This document shows, one piece after another, positions 37,136 to 49,100 of a DNA stretch of 64,000 nt (position 1 is its first letter; every line of letters starts with the position of its first letter). Source of the DNA: Azolla caroliniana (Eukaryota > Plantae > Polypodiophyta); contig JBHGNT010000005.1 of assembly GCA_043228905.1 (NCBI GenBank), positions 24,490,001 through 24,554,000 on the forward strand. The letters are read 5' to 3'. The position numbers and the translations under genes are program-made. The notes beneath the pieces were generated by a model. The model was not told the origin of the DNA. It ran no database searches and saw only the letters and a list, made by a program, of their open reading frames with translations.

Positions 37136-39430
37136 ATGGTGGCAAGGGAGCCATCTGAGGGTGGTAAAGTAGACTCAATGTCATCGATTAAAATATCAAC
37201 GGCAAGGGTGTTGCCCGTGCGGTGGGTGGAGTCGAGGTATGCACTACAAAGGATGGTTAATGGCCGCGAGAAGCAGCAAGTTGGGAATTTGGAACACAAG
37301 GAAACAAGTGACGCTTGGAAAGTCGTAGGGAATCATATTAATGGAGGTGCTGGTAGGATAGGTAAGGATTCGGTGAATCAGACAGATAAGAGGGGATGGA
37401 TGAAAGAGATGATTAGGGCTCCTTCCAGCAGTATGGCTACAACCCTCTTTGCAGATGATGGCATTGAGGATTCACGAGTGTGGGGAGAAGCGGAGGTTTG
37501 GAAAGTAGATGCACGGAAGCAAGAAGTTGGAGGAGATCATGCCAACCTTGCATCATGGCAAATGGATGAAGAGGGAGTAGAAGAGGGGCAGCGGGGATTG
37601 CAAGGAGGATCGTCTCAAGGGTTGCCTATGGTGGAGAGTGAGGCCAAAGAGTACACGTTACAAGTGGAAAATCTTTTGAATGAATGTGGTCAGGCACATA
37701 ATGCACATAATACATGCACGAGAGGAGATGATGATAAGGATTTGAAAATGGTGGAGACTTCCGATGTATTGGATGTTTTTCTGTCCGAAGAAGAAAGTAC
37801 AATCTTAAATGCCGAGATCAAAAGATTAAAAAAATGTTCGTTCATTTGTAAGCTATTTGGTGGTAGGCCCAACAGAGGTATGGTCCGTGATATGCTACAA
37901 GTAGCTTTAATGGATAAGGTCCCACATATAAAGAGTGTGGATAATATGGGTCGAAATTTCTTTCACATCGAAGTGAACGAAGGGAGTGATGTATCGCAAA
38001 TTATCAATATGAAATGTGTAGAACTCAAATACGGAAGAGCTTTGTTGTTGGAGTGGCATGCTAATTTCAATGTTATGGATGAGGCTAAGAAAATTGGTAA
38101 TCCCATGGTGATATCTATGGTATTCCCTAATCTGCCTCGACACTTATATCCGTTGATGCAAAATATTGGGGAGAAGATTGGCACAATTTGTCCTTCCAAG
38201 GCATCCATGGTAGACAAAATCCGAGACTCCCCTAAGATTAGGGTGCTTGTGCAAAGTTTGTCCACACTTCCCTCCCTAATTAGAGTGCATGATGTGGAGG
38301 GAAGATTGATAGATGTGGAGGTGGAATATGAGGGTTTACCTGGCCAATGTTTCTATTGTAAAAGAAAGGGCCACATTGCCAAGGAATGTCCAAGGAAGAT
38401 TAATAGAAATGTAAGGGGGGAGAAGGATACTGGGCTGTTAGATAAGCAAGAACCGATAAGGGAGTCAAGATTGAGCAACCTCATTGGGGCTGAGAAGGCG
38501 AACAATAGTGCAAATGGCTGGACTCGTGTTTCGGGACGGAAAAATGGCTTGCAACGAGAAGTAAACACGAATACACCTCATGCAGATTTGAGAAATCGTT
38601 TTGAAGTGTTGCAAGAAGAGGAGGACCTAGCACAAGATTCAAAGAAAACTATTGTTGAAGAGGTGGTAGTATGTACACCCGAGGTCATGTTAAAAAGTGG
38701 AACACTTAGACAAGAATCTACCATGGGCTCCCCTTCCTCTATTGGTAAAAGTGGAAGTATGGGACTGAGAGCAATGAAAGACTGGCTGCGTAATGGGAGA
38801 TGTCAAGAAAGCTCACCCAACGCTCCTGAAATTAAGTTGCAAGCAGTGGGAGAAAGAAGTAAGGAGGCTAATGTTAGAGTTCCAATCAAATTTGTTAGGT
38901 CAAAAATATTGGAAGGGGACATGCTGGACAAGGGATATAGGTTTAGTCAGCAAGCTCTCACAAGACTGACGGATTTGTCACAAGGGGAAGCTCTAGGGCT
39001 AAGGGTTTATGTAATTGTTGCTGAACGAAACAAGCTGCCGGCTATAGGCTTCTCTTTTGATCTAACAGACCTAGAGGTTACAACTAGTAACATGCCACGG
39101 ATCTCCAACTTTATAGAAGTCAAGGCACATAAATACTTTCGCAGCCTACCTATCAATTGGAATGGAGATAATTGGAGGTTGATGTGGCTGAATGCTGGAA
39201 TGATATGTGGGAGTTTTCATAATTCTTGCATTAAAAAACAGATTTTACTATGCCTAGAGGAGATGATAGACCCTCTTGATGAGGTGTTGCACTTCCATGA
39301 GGAGGAAATGGCTGAAGCTACAAGGCAAGATGTTGTTTTAGGATGGGAGAGGATCAAGTCGGGAGGTTGGGCATGGGCTCGTGGGGAGGGACTATGTCCG
39401 GCTTGGGAGACCTCACAATTGTTCTCATGA
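37136..39430 (+). CDS. LINE ORF1 protein (DUF4283-like RNA-binding region plus CCHC knuckle), uninterrupted 764 aa
   Basis: GRNFFHIEV, LLLEWHANF, FPNLPRHLY, IGEKIG, EVEYEGLPGQCFYCKRKGHIAKECP and NRFEVLQEEE are typical of plant L1 ORF1. Confidence 0.85.
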   Translation: MVAREPSEGGKVDSMSSIKISTARVLPVRWVESRYALQRMVNGREKQQVGNLEHKETSDAWKVVGNHINGGAGRIGKDSVNQTDKRGWMKEMIRAPSSSMATTLFADDGIEDSRVWGEAEVWKVDARKQEVGGDHANLASWQMDEEGVEEGQRGLQGGSSQGLPMVESEAKEYTLQVENLLNECGQAHNAHNTCTRGDDDKDLKMVETSDVLDVFLSEEESTILNAEIKRLKKCSFICKLFGGRPNRGMVRDMLQVALMDKVPHIKSVDNMGRNFFHIEVNEGSDVSQIINMKCVELKYGRALLLEWHANFNVMDEAKKIGNPMVISMVFPNLPRHLYPLMQNIGEKIGTICPSKASMVDKIRDSPKIRVLVQSLSTLPSLIRVHDVEGRLIDVEVEYEGLPGQCFYCKRKGHIAKECPRKINRNVRGEKDTGLLDKQEPIRESRLSNLIGAEKANNSANGWTRVSGRKNGLQREVNTNTPHADLRNRFEVLQEEEDLAQDSKKTIVEEVVVCTPEVMLKSGTLRQESTMGSPSSIGKSGSMGLRAMKDWLRNGRCQESSPNAPEIKLQAVGERSKEANVRVPIKFVRSKILEGDMLDKGYRFSQQALTRLTDLSQGEALGLRVYVIVAERNKLPAIGFSFDLTDLEVTTSNMPRISNFIEVKAHKYFRSLPINWNGDNWRLMWLNAGMICGSFHNSCIKKQILLCLEEMIDPLDEVLHFHEEEMAEATRQDVVLGWERIKSGGWAWARGEGLCPAWETSQLFS

Positions 39431-42400
39431 AATTAATCACGTGGAACATACAAGGTCTAGGCGGTAGCAAATGTATGTTGGAGAGGAAGAACCTCCGCCA
39501 AGAGTTCAAATCCCCTAGCTTTAGGGGGATCCCAGACATTTTGCTCTTGCAAGAGCACCATTTGAGTGCGAACAGAATCTCGAGTATTGGCAATCCTCTA
39601 GCGGGGGATTGGCATACTATTTGGTCCCCAGCGCAAGGTGAGCATGGTAGAAAAGGGGGTGTTTGTACATCTATTAAGAATAATCCAGATATAATTGTTG
39701 TGGGCCAAGGCACCATCGTGGAGGGACGTGCCATCAAATGTGACAATCAAATGGCAACAACGTATCATTGGAATAATAAATGTGTACGCGCCCAATTCGA
39801 GAGTGATGGGGCCCTTTTTTGGAGGCAATTGGCTGATGGATTGCCGATGGCAGATGCATGGATCCTCGCAGGGGATTTTAACATGACTATGCACGCAGAA
39901 GACAAGGTGGGGGGCATGCATACGGCGGTGCAGGGGTCAGAGCTAGTTGCATGGGATTTGTTGATGGGCAGAATGGGAGTGAAAGATGCTTGGTATGTAC
40001 TAAAAAAGCCTCGGAGCTCATTACGCTTCTCAAGAGCAGGCTGTAATATAAATGGCTATTGTATGTCTCGCATAGACAGAATATACATAAGCTCGGAACT
40101 GGAAAAATATGGCAGCAATGTTGAAATCATCGCAGGTTCAGCTTACTCTGATCACATGCCGGTTTCGATTACGTTGGTCACTCAGAGGCTGAACAAAAGG
40201 GACTGCAACTTAAGGATTAGTAATAAGCTTTTTGAGGATGTGGAGGTGAGAAGTAAGATAAGGAGTATATGGGAAAATAATCTAGCTGGTTGTGGTGCTT
40301 TGGATAATCTTCAAGGAAAGATGATTGAAACTTCAAAGTATTTGCATGAAGAGACTAAAAATAGATTGGAGAGATCTAAGGAAAGAAAGGTGAGACTAAG
40401 AAGATCGATAGCGGCTGCCCAAAGAATGCTCCAGAAAAATCCCAAGTGTCTTTGGTCAAGATCAGGTTTGGAGGCTGCCAAAGAAACACTACAGCGGTTG
40501 ATTGTGTCAAGAAATAAGATGGTATTCAGGAGTTCAGCAGCTTGGTGGAGTAGGAATGGGGACAAGGTGAACCAACAATTTTTTAAGTTTAAAAAACCGT
40601 GCACAATTGGTAACTTCATTCCTAAATTGATCAAGGAGGATGGTTCACTGTCAGAAGATGTATCAGAGATCATGGAGGCAGTCACATCTCACTATAATGG
40701 GCTACTATCAAATAATTATAGTCTCCCAGACCAGCCCTCACTGGCAGAATTTGTATCGGAGGGAATGCAACCAAGAATTTCAGAGGTTGCACAAGTTAAG
40801 TTGTCTGGGCCACTCTTGGAAGAGGAGGTGTCAGATGCTCTGGCAAGTATATGTAGAACGTCTTGTCCAGGAGACGATGGATTATCAAAAGATTTTTATG
40901 AAAAATTTTGGGAAATAATTAAGGTTGACCTGGTTGCTGGACTAAATGAGGCATGGGATGATGGGTACCTCCCTGAACATTTTAAAGAGGGACTAATATT
41001 TCTAATTCCTAAGGTAAAGGGTATAATATCAGATGTGAGGCAATGGAGACCGATTACGTTGCTCAACACAATCTATAAGATTTTTGCTAATATGCTGGCC
41101 AAGAGGGTCAAACCCCACTTACATGCGCTAATTAATGTTGGACAAACAGGATTCATGGAAAATAGATGTATAATCGATAATGTGTTGACCTTTTGGGAAG
41201 CGATTGCCCTGGAGAAGAAAACCAATCAACATATTGCATGCCTCATGCTTGACTTTGAGAAGGCATATGATAGAGTACAATGGCCTTTTTTAGACAAAGT
41301 CATGGAGCGGTTGGGACTACCCTCAAAATGGAGAGCAGCTGCGTTGGCGCTTTACAAAGGAAGCTTGAGTAGGGTGTTGGTACTAGGGCAACGGGGCCCA
41401 TCAATTCCATTATGCAAGTCTGTCAGACAGGGGTGCCCATTGGCCCCCTACCTTTATTTATTTATCTCAGAGGCATTCTCTTTCTTTTTAAATAGACCGG
41501 ATGCATGAATTTGAGGTTTGGTTGTCCCACATGCTTGTAAGGACTTGTTGGACTCCATATATGCAGATGACACCATGCTCTATCTGCAAGGCAATGATGC
41601 TAATTTACAGCAGGCTGAAAATCGAATTGAGTTGTTCTGTAAAGCATCAGGTGGGAAAATTAATTGGAACAAAAGTAGAGGGTTTTGGGTAAGTCCAAAC
41701 TCTTGGCCGAATTGGCAACCTAATGTTGATTTTCAATGGGTTCCTAATGGAAGGGCTGCTAAGTATTTGGGCTTTTTGGTGGGAATAGAGATTCAGAAAA
41801 ATCAGCAACTTGAGCAAGTGAAAGACAAAATCAGAAAAAAGCTTCGGTTATGGGCATCAGTAAAGCTTTCCCTTGCAGGTAGAGTAGTTGTGGTAAACCA
41901 TATTTTGTTGGCCACCATGTGGCACTCATTGGCATGCTGGATGTTAGATAAAGAGTGCATAAAAAATATTAAGGCAATGGTGAGAGGGTTCCTTTGGTCG
42001 GGTAGAGACCATGAGACTGCTTCAGCTAAAGTGGCCTGGAGTTGTTTGATCAAGGCAAAAAGTCAAGGTGGACTTGGGATGGTGGATCCAGGTCACCAAA
42101 GTAAGGCTTTACTTGGTAAGCTCTTGGTGCGAAGTCTCCAACCTGGACCAGAATTGTGGAAATTGCTTCTTAGAGACAGAGCTGAACTCTAGAGTCCGAG
42201 GAATGGCGGCCCTTGGAAGGCAAAGATGTGGTGGTTGTTCAGTCCAGGCCTAACGTTAAAAGAACCTACTAGCATGGAGGATAGGGTGGCCCACACCATA
42301 ATGAGGGCCTGGTCAAGTTTAAGAGAGGGGTTGGTCTTAATGCAGCCAAAAACAATGGAGGAACAACGCCGTCAACCTCTGTTTTGGAACCCCAGGATTC

Positions 42401-43662
42401 GAAGTGATGATGGTATGATGCTTGGTCAGAAAAAATACTTGCCATGGGGAAAAATGGTAGGGTACAATGTTAGTTCAGTAAGAGACTGGGAGGAGTTCAA
42501 AAGGAGAAGAAGGGAGGGTTTGGTTGGAAGTCCTAGATTTACCGGCATGCTGGAAAAGGTTACCCACTTGATAGATAAGGCTGTTGATGGTCTAGCTAGG
42601 CTGAATGAAGAAGAGGGGGTCTGGTTTGGGTGGTTTGTAGGTGAGGGCGATGCGCAAATTATCTGAGGCAGGTGCCCATCTAATGAGTATCGTTTGTGGG
42701 GCAACCGAAGTGCTTTGGCAGACAATGGCCAATGGTTGGCAGTGCGAGTGGCAATGTTGGAAGGTAAGAAGTGGCAAGTAAACCCGGACCCAGGGAAGCT
42801 GGAATCTTATCGTAAACTCTGGATAGTTGACAACAAGCCCATATGTGATCTGGATTGGGATCCACTAGAGGTGTGGTGGCAGAAACCGGGTACAGACAAA
42901 CTTGAACGGTTTTTCGAGTACACTACCAAGCTAGGAAGGCAAATCATTGGCTCTAAATTGATGGGTGCTGGCCTAACTCGCAATAGTTGGAAGGATAAAG
43001 GCATTTCTGATGACTGGTTGAAGTCGTTTTGGAGGAGGCTATGGGCGTTTGATATGCCAGAAAAAATAAAGCTTTGGTTGTGGCTTCTTAGTCACAAAGC
43101 GGTGCCGGTGGGGGAGTGGCTTAGGTGTCGTGGTGGTGAGGCTGGATGCAAAAGTTGTGGACACCCTTTGGAATCAATTCCTCATTGTTTTTGGAACTGC
43201 AGCGAGGCTATTAACATTTGGGGTTGAAGTCTCAGGATAGTGGCAACATGCGGAGTGAATGGGAGAGTTGTATGGGGGTCCGTACAAGGGCTGAAGTTAA
43301 CAGGGGAAGGCTGGGCTGAATAGTTAAATCCCCACGGACATGGTTTTATAGTGCAGGATGGCAAGGTGTTTCAACGGGCTGGAGTTCGACATGGCACTAA
43401 CTCAGAATTTTTTGAGGAGATATGGATGATGGTGTCTTGTTTATCGGTCTGGCACATTTGGACCAACCGTTGTAAATTTGTTTTTCAACAACAAAAGATC
43501 CCTAGCGGTGAGGTATTATTAAATATCTGGTTTGAGTTGGTATCTTGGTTGCGGGGACGATACGACTCAATCAAGGGGGAATCTGATGCAGTTGAATGAT
43601 CTCGATCAAAGTTCTTGCTAAAATGGGGTAATTCTCCTATGGTGGGCAGATCCTCATCAGGG
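39427..43662 (+). pseudogene. LINE ORF2 (APE endonuclease-RT-zf), disrupted
   Basis: MKLITWNIQG, LLQEH, AGDFN, RIDRIY, SDHMP, WRPITLLN, LDFEKAYD, RQGCPLAP, YADD, GGLG, CKSC..ESIPHCFWNC. Compensating frameshifts near 39735-39805 (INVYAPN is in another frame). Stops at 41506, 42190, 42664, 43225, 43321 and 43597. Confidence 0.92.
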
Positions 43663-44195
43663 TAATTCTCCAGTAATCAACATAGAGAACAACCACCTTG
43701 GTGGTTGAAAATGAGCTACCATCTTTTTAGAACAAAAGTGGAGTATCTTTGCAATGAGTAATAAACTAAACACACTAAGCAATTTTTAGCACGTGAATCT
43801 GCAATAAAACCATCTCATTGTCCTTTTAAAAGTATGAATCATGTCCAACCAAGTGTTATGCACCACTTTAATTGGAGAGTCCTTAATTGATCAAAACATA
43901 GCACAATGAGCCTTTGAAATATTGCATATAGTGGTGCTACTCAAGAATTCCCTACAATGGTTGCCTCTCCTTCTTTCTTCATAAAAACTATGCCATTAGA
44001 AAGAGAAGTACACAAAATCTTCCAAACCAAGTGTTGAAAGCATGGTCGAGAGACTCATTGTCATAATGGAACACATAGTGAAGATGTTCACACATAATTA
44101 AACTAGCATGCATACCATTTTACAATTCTACATATATAGCGACAAAGCTATACATACATATATAATATGCATACATACATAACATACATACATTA

Positions 44196-44465
44196 GTGGA
44201 TGGATGGATGGATCATATGCTCCTCTTTTTGGGCTCGGACGTCGAGCATAAATCAACGTACCTACATACATTTGGGTCGAGAGATCCTTCGACAGACTTC
44301 CTCCCATGGATGGATCAGATGCTCCTCTCTTTGGGCTCAAATGTCGAGCATAAATCAACGTACCTACATACATTCGGGTCGAGAGAGCCTTTGGTAGACT
44401 TCCTCCCATGTAAATTGGATATTTAGGGAAAATTTCAGAGTACCTTCCTCCCATGGATGGGAGGA
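44196..44465. repeat. About 113-bp tandem repeat x2+
   Basis: GATGGATCA...GTCGAGCATAAATCAACGTACCTACATACATT.GGGTCGAGAGA...AGACTTCCTCCCATG is duplicated. Confidence 0.8.
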
Positions 44466-45241
44466 CAATTTTATTCATATTGTTTTTTATGCATTGAAAC
44501 ACGTATGACTTGGTTTGATCCACAATAAACCCAACCCAATGCATTATGATGAGTATCTCAAACAAACGGTGGTTTGGAACTCACGGTTTACAACATAAAA
44601 TGATTTAGTGATAGGTTCTAGACAGTGATTGGCATGGGGGGAAATGACAAAAGGTCCTCCTAACTCAATTAGGAGCTAACATGTTTTTTATTGAGCTCAT
44701 GGGAGAAGGTAGGATGCATGGAGGACAATTAATGTATCTCAATAAGTTATGAGTAGAGTCACCATACCACCCCATAGCTCTTACCATAGATGGGTTGGTG
44801 TTTTTCCAAGATTGGAAGTACTCTTGATTGTAAAGGGGTATTAAGAGGATAAGACCTTCAATTTTTTTGATGTGGATAAAGCAAATAAATTGTCTTAATC
44901 GCAAGAAATAGTAATCAATTATTCGTATGCTATTGAACACAAGATAAGGGTAATTGGATATGTTGATCGCAAATGGTATATCAATCCACCGATAGAGGAT
45001 ATCAGGTCACACTAGAAGTTGTGGGTGATGGATAAATGATCTTTGTTTAGTGTGGATTGGGACCCAATTGTTTATGAATGGACAGATCCATTTACTAGTA
45101 ACAACTTTAATTATTTCCAATATTATGTATAGTTGGGAAGACATGCACTATGAGATAGATGGGATGTTGTCGCGGTATTCAGTGAGAACGTGTAAGATCT
45201 TAGGCGAGACCGCGGGGGTCTTGGAATAGGGAGTAGAGGGG

Positions 45242-46090
45242 TGTTGAGAATCAAGCTCAACTTGGTCTAGTGTGTGAACTCACCTTGAGAGCGAATTGAC
45301 ACTCCAACGGTCAAGAGTCACCATTATGTCACCACTTTGTATTCTAGCATTTAGTATGAGTTATAGAATATGATTCTATGACACATAACTTACGAGCTTT
45401 CACATTCCCCATGCTCCATGAGTATTGTAGTTAATGAAGAGAGAGGGTGACTATATAAAGCACCCTCCTCCCACCTTGTAAAACGTTGAGTCTTTCTCCT
45501 TTGTTAATATACTTTACCTTGCGTATTCTTTGTGTCTTACTCCTTGTCTCTCTCACTCACTCTCTCTCTCATACACACACACGACTCATATCTATTCTCC
45601 TGCATATAATCCATCTCTTGATTCTTTACATGGTATCAGAGCGACTTGTTAGCTCGATCTAGCCCATTCACGTGCGCTGTGTCCTACGCCGACAACCAAG
45701 AACTGGCTCATCGCTATCGTAGCTTCGCTACATAGCTCGCATTCAAAGAGAGAGGAAGAAGAAGAAGAAGAATCGACATAATGAATACTCAAATGGGGAG
45801 CGCTCTCCCTACCGAGAAGTTGGATCGAAACAACTTCGCATCTTGGGAGTACAAGATACACCAATACCTTGTCGGACAAGGCTATTGGAGCGACATCAAA
45901 GGAGCGCACGAAGACCGACCTGTCAAAACGGCTCCCGGATACGCGACATGGGAGCAAGCCGCAAGCTGCAAGCCGCAAGCCGCAAGCCGCAAGTTGCAAG
46001 CCACGTGATGTATTGCTTGACGACATGTGTTCACGATCACATGCTCGGCTACATTCGCGAAGCCAAGACGCCAAAGGAGGCATGGGAATA
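45242..46090 (+). mobile_element. Truncated Ty1/Copia: LTR (45242-45630), PBS and gag 5' fragment
   Basis: TGTTG...TTACA LTR with CTATATAAAG at 45451. PBS TGGTATCAGAGC (tRNA-iMet) at 45631-45642. Gag MNTQMGSALPTEKLDRNNFASWEYKIHQYL from 45781, continuing ...IREAKTPKEAWE to about 46088. Confidence 0.9.
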
Positions 46091-46185
46091 TGTATCTTCT
46101 TTTTTTTTTGGGAAAAAAAACAGTGTTCTTCATCATCATCAAAGAGAAGAGTGCAAAAATCTTCTTCTTCCTCTCCCGTCTTCTC

Positions 46186-49100
46186 ATGGCTTCTTCGTCT
46201 GCAGAAGCCCCTCCTGCGAAGAAGGCGCAGAAGACCAATGGACTTGCCTCCTCCTCCTCCGCTCTCCTCCTTCTCTTTGGTTTCTATGGCCTCTTGTTCC
46301 TCGTCGTCCGCCGCTCGTTGTACTCCATGCATGTGGATCCTTTGCCGTACAATGCACCGCTGGACAAGTTCTCTGAAGGTCGAACCATGAAGCACATCTG
46401 GCATTTGGCTCATGAAATTGGCATTCGACAGGTATTTTCTCTTTCTCGTCAAACTTCAATTTCCCACGTCTTCTCCCCTTATGTATTTCCCTTTTCATTC
46501 CGTCATGCTTTTTTTCATTTTCGTTCTCTGTAACTTATAAATTCATCTGTGGCCAGAAATCCTCCATAAGAGGAAGGGATCGTTTCTTTTCTTGTTCCGC
46601 TTTTCCTTGTCACTGTTCTTGTTCTTTTTCTGAACTCCGGAAATTCGCCACTGTAGCTTAAGAATTCATTTTTATTAGTTTCCATCCTGGGAAAAAAATC
46701 CCTTCCATTCTCTGGTTCTTCTTTTCATTGTCATGTTTATGTCCATTTTCTTGCTTGTTCTTTTTAAGGATGCCAGTGATGACGAGCCAATTAGTTGATT
46801 GTACTGCTCGAAATGAACAATCATCTGAATTGTTTGAAGTTAAGTTATTTAAATTATGGCACAAAATAAACCTTCATCTGAATTTTGAGGTATTTATCGA
46901 TAGTTATCTCAGCATTTCGAAGGTTTCTATTCTAAAACATCCGATAATTTAGAGATAAATGCCAGTGATGATGAGCCGATTAGTTGATTTTACTGTTCGA
47001 AATGAACAATCATCTGAATTGTTTGAAGTTAAGTTATTTAAATTATGGCACAAAATAAACCTTCATCTGAATTTTGAGGTATTTATCGATAGTTATCTCA
47101 GCATTTCGAAGGTTTCTATTCTAAAACATCCGATAATTTAGAGATAAATGCCAGTGATGATGAGCCGATTAGTTGATTTTACTGTTCGAAATGAACAATC
47201 ATCTGAATTGTTTGAAGTTAAGTTATTTAAATTATGGCACAAAATAAACCCTCATCTGAATTAAGAGGTATTTATCGGTAGTTATCTCAGCATTTTGAAG
47301 GTTTCTATTCTAAAACATCCAATAATTTAGAGATATTTTCCCATCCAAATTTGAAGTCCACTTTCAAACAATGCAATCGAAAGATTACTGCAAACTTGGT
47401 TTTAACATTGGTGACGAAAATAAGGTAGAAGTTCTAGGATGCTTTTTGACTTGGAAAAGCCTGTATAAGAGTAGATCATTTGATTGATATCTTGCTGTCT
47501 GACAATAACTCACAAATTATTGAGCTAATTCAATAGGAATATGGATGCTTTTTAAAATGACTGATAAGATGTGGTCATTTTGATGATTGACCCTGTACCT
47601 ACATATTCACATCAATCCCATGGTCTCAAACACATGATTCATCAGATATATAGTTCCTCATATCAGCCAGAGATTGAGACCTGATGGGATGTGTCAGATA
47701 TGTTAGGCAGAGCCTCAAATGGTCGAACATTGTATTCACATGCAATAACCTAACTATGAGACTTGAGGATATTTTGGACCTTTAGATTGGACCATGGATT
47801 ATTCTGGTTCAAGTTTCTTGTGGCAATGTGTGCATGCGTGCGAGTTTGAACTTCTTCCAATCATTGTATCCTTGCTGCGTACATACATGATAGCATAAAG
47901 ATTTATGAGTCCATGAAAGTAAATTATTGTAAAAAGCAATAAAACTAGAAAACTTCTATCCCTACATCCCCAAATTTCTATTATATACCCCTTTTTTCTT
48001 TCTTATATGAGATATCAATCTAGTGGGTTGCTCTCTCTCTCTCTCTAAATCTATGTGGAAAGAGTTTGAAAATGTCCAAAAACATTTTCTTACAAAGTTT
48101 CTACAAGTTAAGAAACAAACGCCCTACACCCTCCTCTTCCTTGAGACGGGATCGCTTCCCATTGAGATCATGACTATGGAAAGGGTTGTTGAATACATGC
48201 TTAAGGTTCAAAAATGTCTTACATCGACTTCTTAGAATTGCGTGGGAAGCAAGCAAAAAGATCCAAAAGACGCATAAAAGCAAAATTTTGTGTTCTGGTT
48301 AGATGCAAGATATAGAAAAATGGTTTGGTAAATGGGATGTGAGACACTTGCTTCATGATGCATCATTAGATTCCTCTGTAAATGAGGCCTTTTTGCAACG
48401 CCAATGTATCATGACATGGGACAAATGTGGAGGCTCACGCTTCACACATTATATTACACATGTTGCACCTAACTACAAAACCATATTCTTTGCGGAACGG
48501 GGAAATCGTACACGTCGATACATGATAGAGCCCATACCGTTATCTGCCATTCGAACCATTGCTTCCATGCGACTTAGCTCACATGCATTGCGACGTGAGA
48601 CATGACGTTGGGGCACAAGTGATGAGAGTGGTCGGCTATGCACACTTTGCCCTAAACAAGTTCGCGAGTCTGAGAATCACACTTTGATACAATGCTTTGC
48701 CTTTGATCATATTCGACCATGCTTTCCACATCTATTCAACCGAGCCCAATCCTTGCATGAATTCCTCTCACAACCACAATGTGCACTCTTGATTGCAACA
48801 TTCATTGGTAAAGTTCTTGAACATCGAGAGTCACTACTCACTTTCACACGTATCACGTGAAATGTAATATTTCTGGTCACATAGGTCATATTTGACCTCT
48901 GAAGACGATAATATAATCTATCTATCTCCCCCGACTATGCACATTTTGCCCTAAACAAGTTCGAGAGTTTGAATATCACACTTTGATACAATGCTCTGCC
49001 TTTGATAATATTCAACCATGCTTTCCACATATCTTCGACCAAGCCCAATCCTTGCACGAATTTCTCACAGCTACAATGTGCACTCTCGATTGCAACATTC

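Larger units (their letters stand above)
36847..43662 (+). mobile_element. L1-clade LINE with ORF1 and ORF2, 3' end truncated
   Basis: ORF1 37136-39430 overlaps ORF2 by ATGA at 39427-39430. ORF2 carries endonuclease, RT and C-terminal zinc-finger domains. No poly(A) tail or TSD was found, so boundaries are approximate. Confidence 0.93.

Noticed and set aside
45649-46452. 267-aa minus-strand ORF and other overlapping ORFs
   Set aside because: Antisense to the gag fragment and GC-rich ERMP1 exon 1; low-complexity with no recognisable domain.
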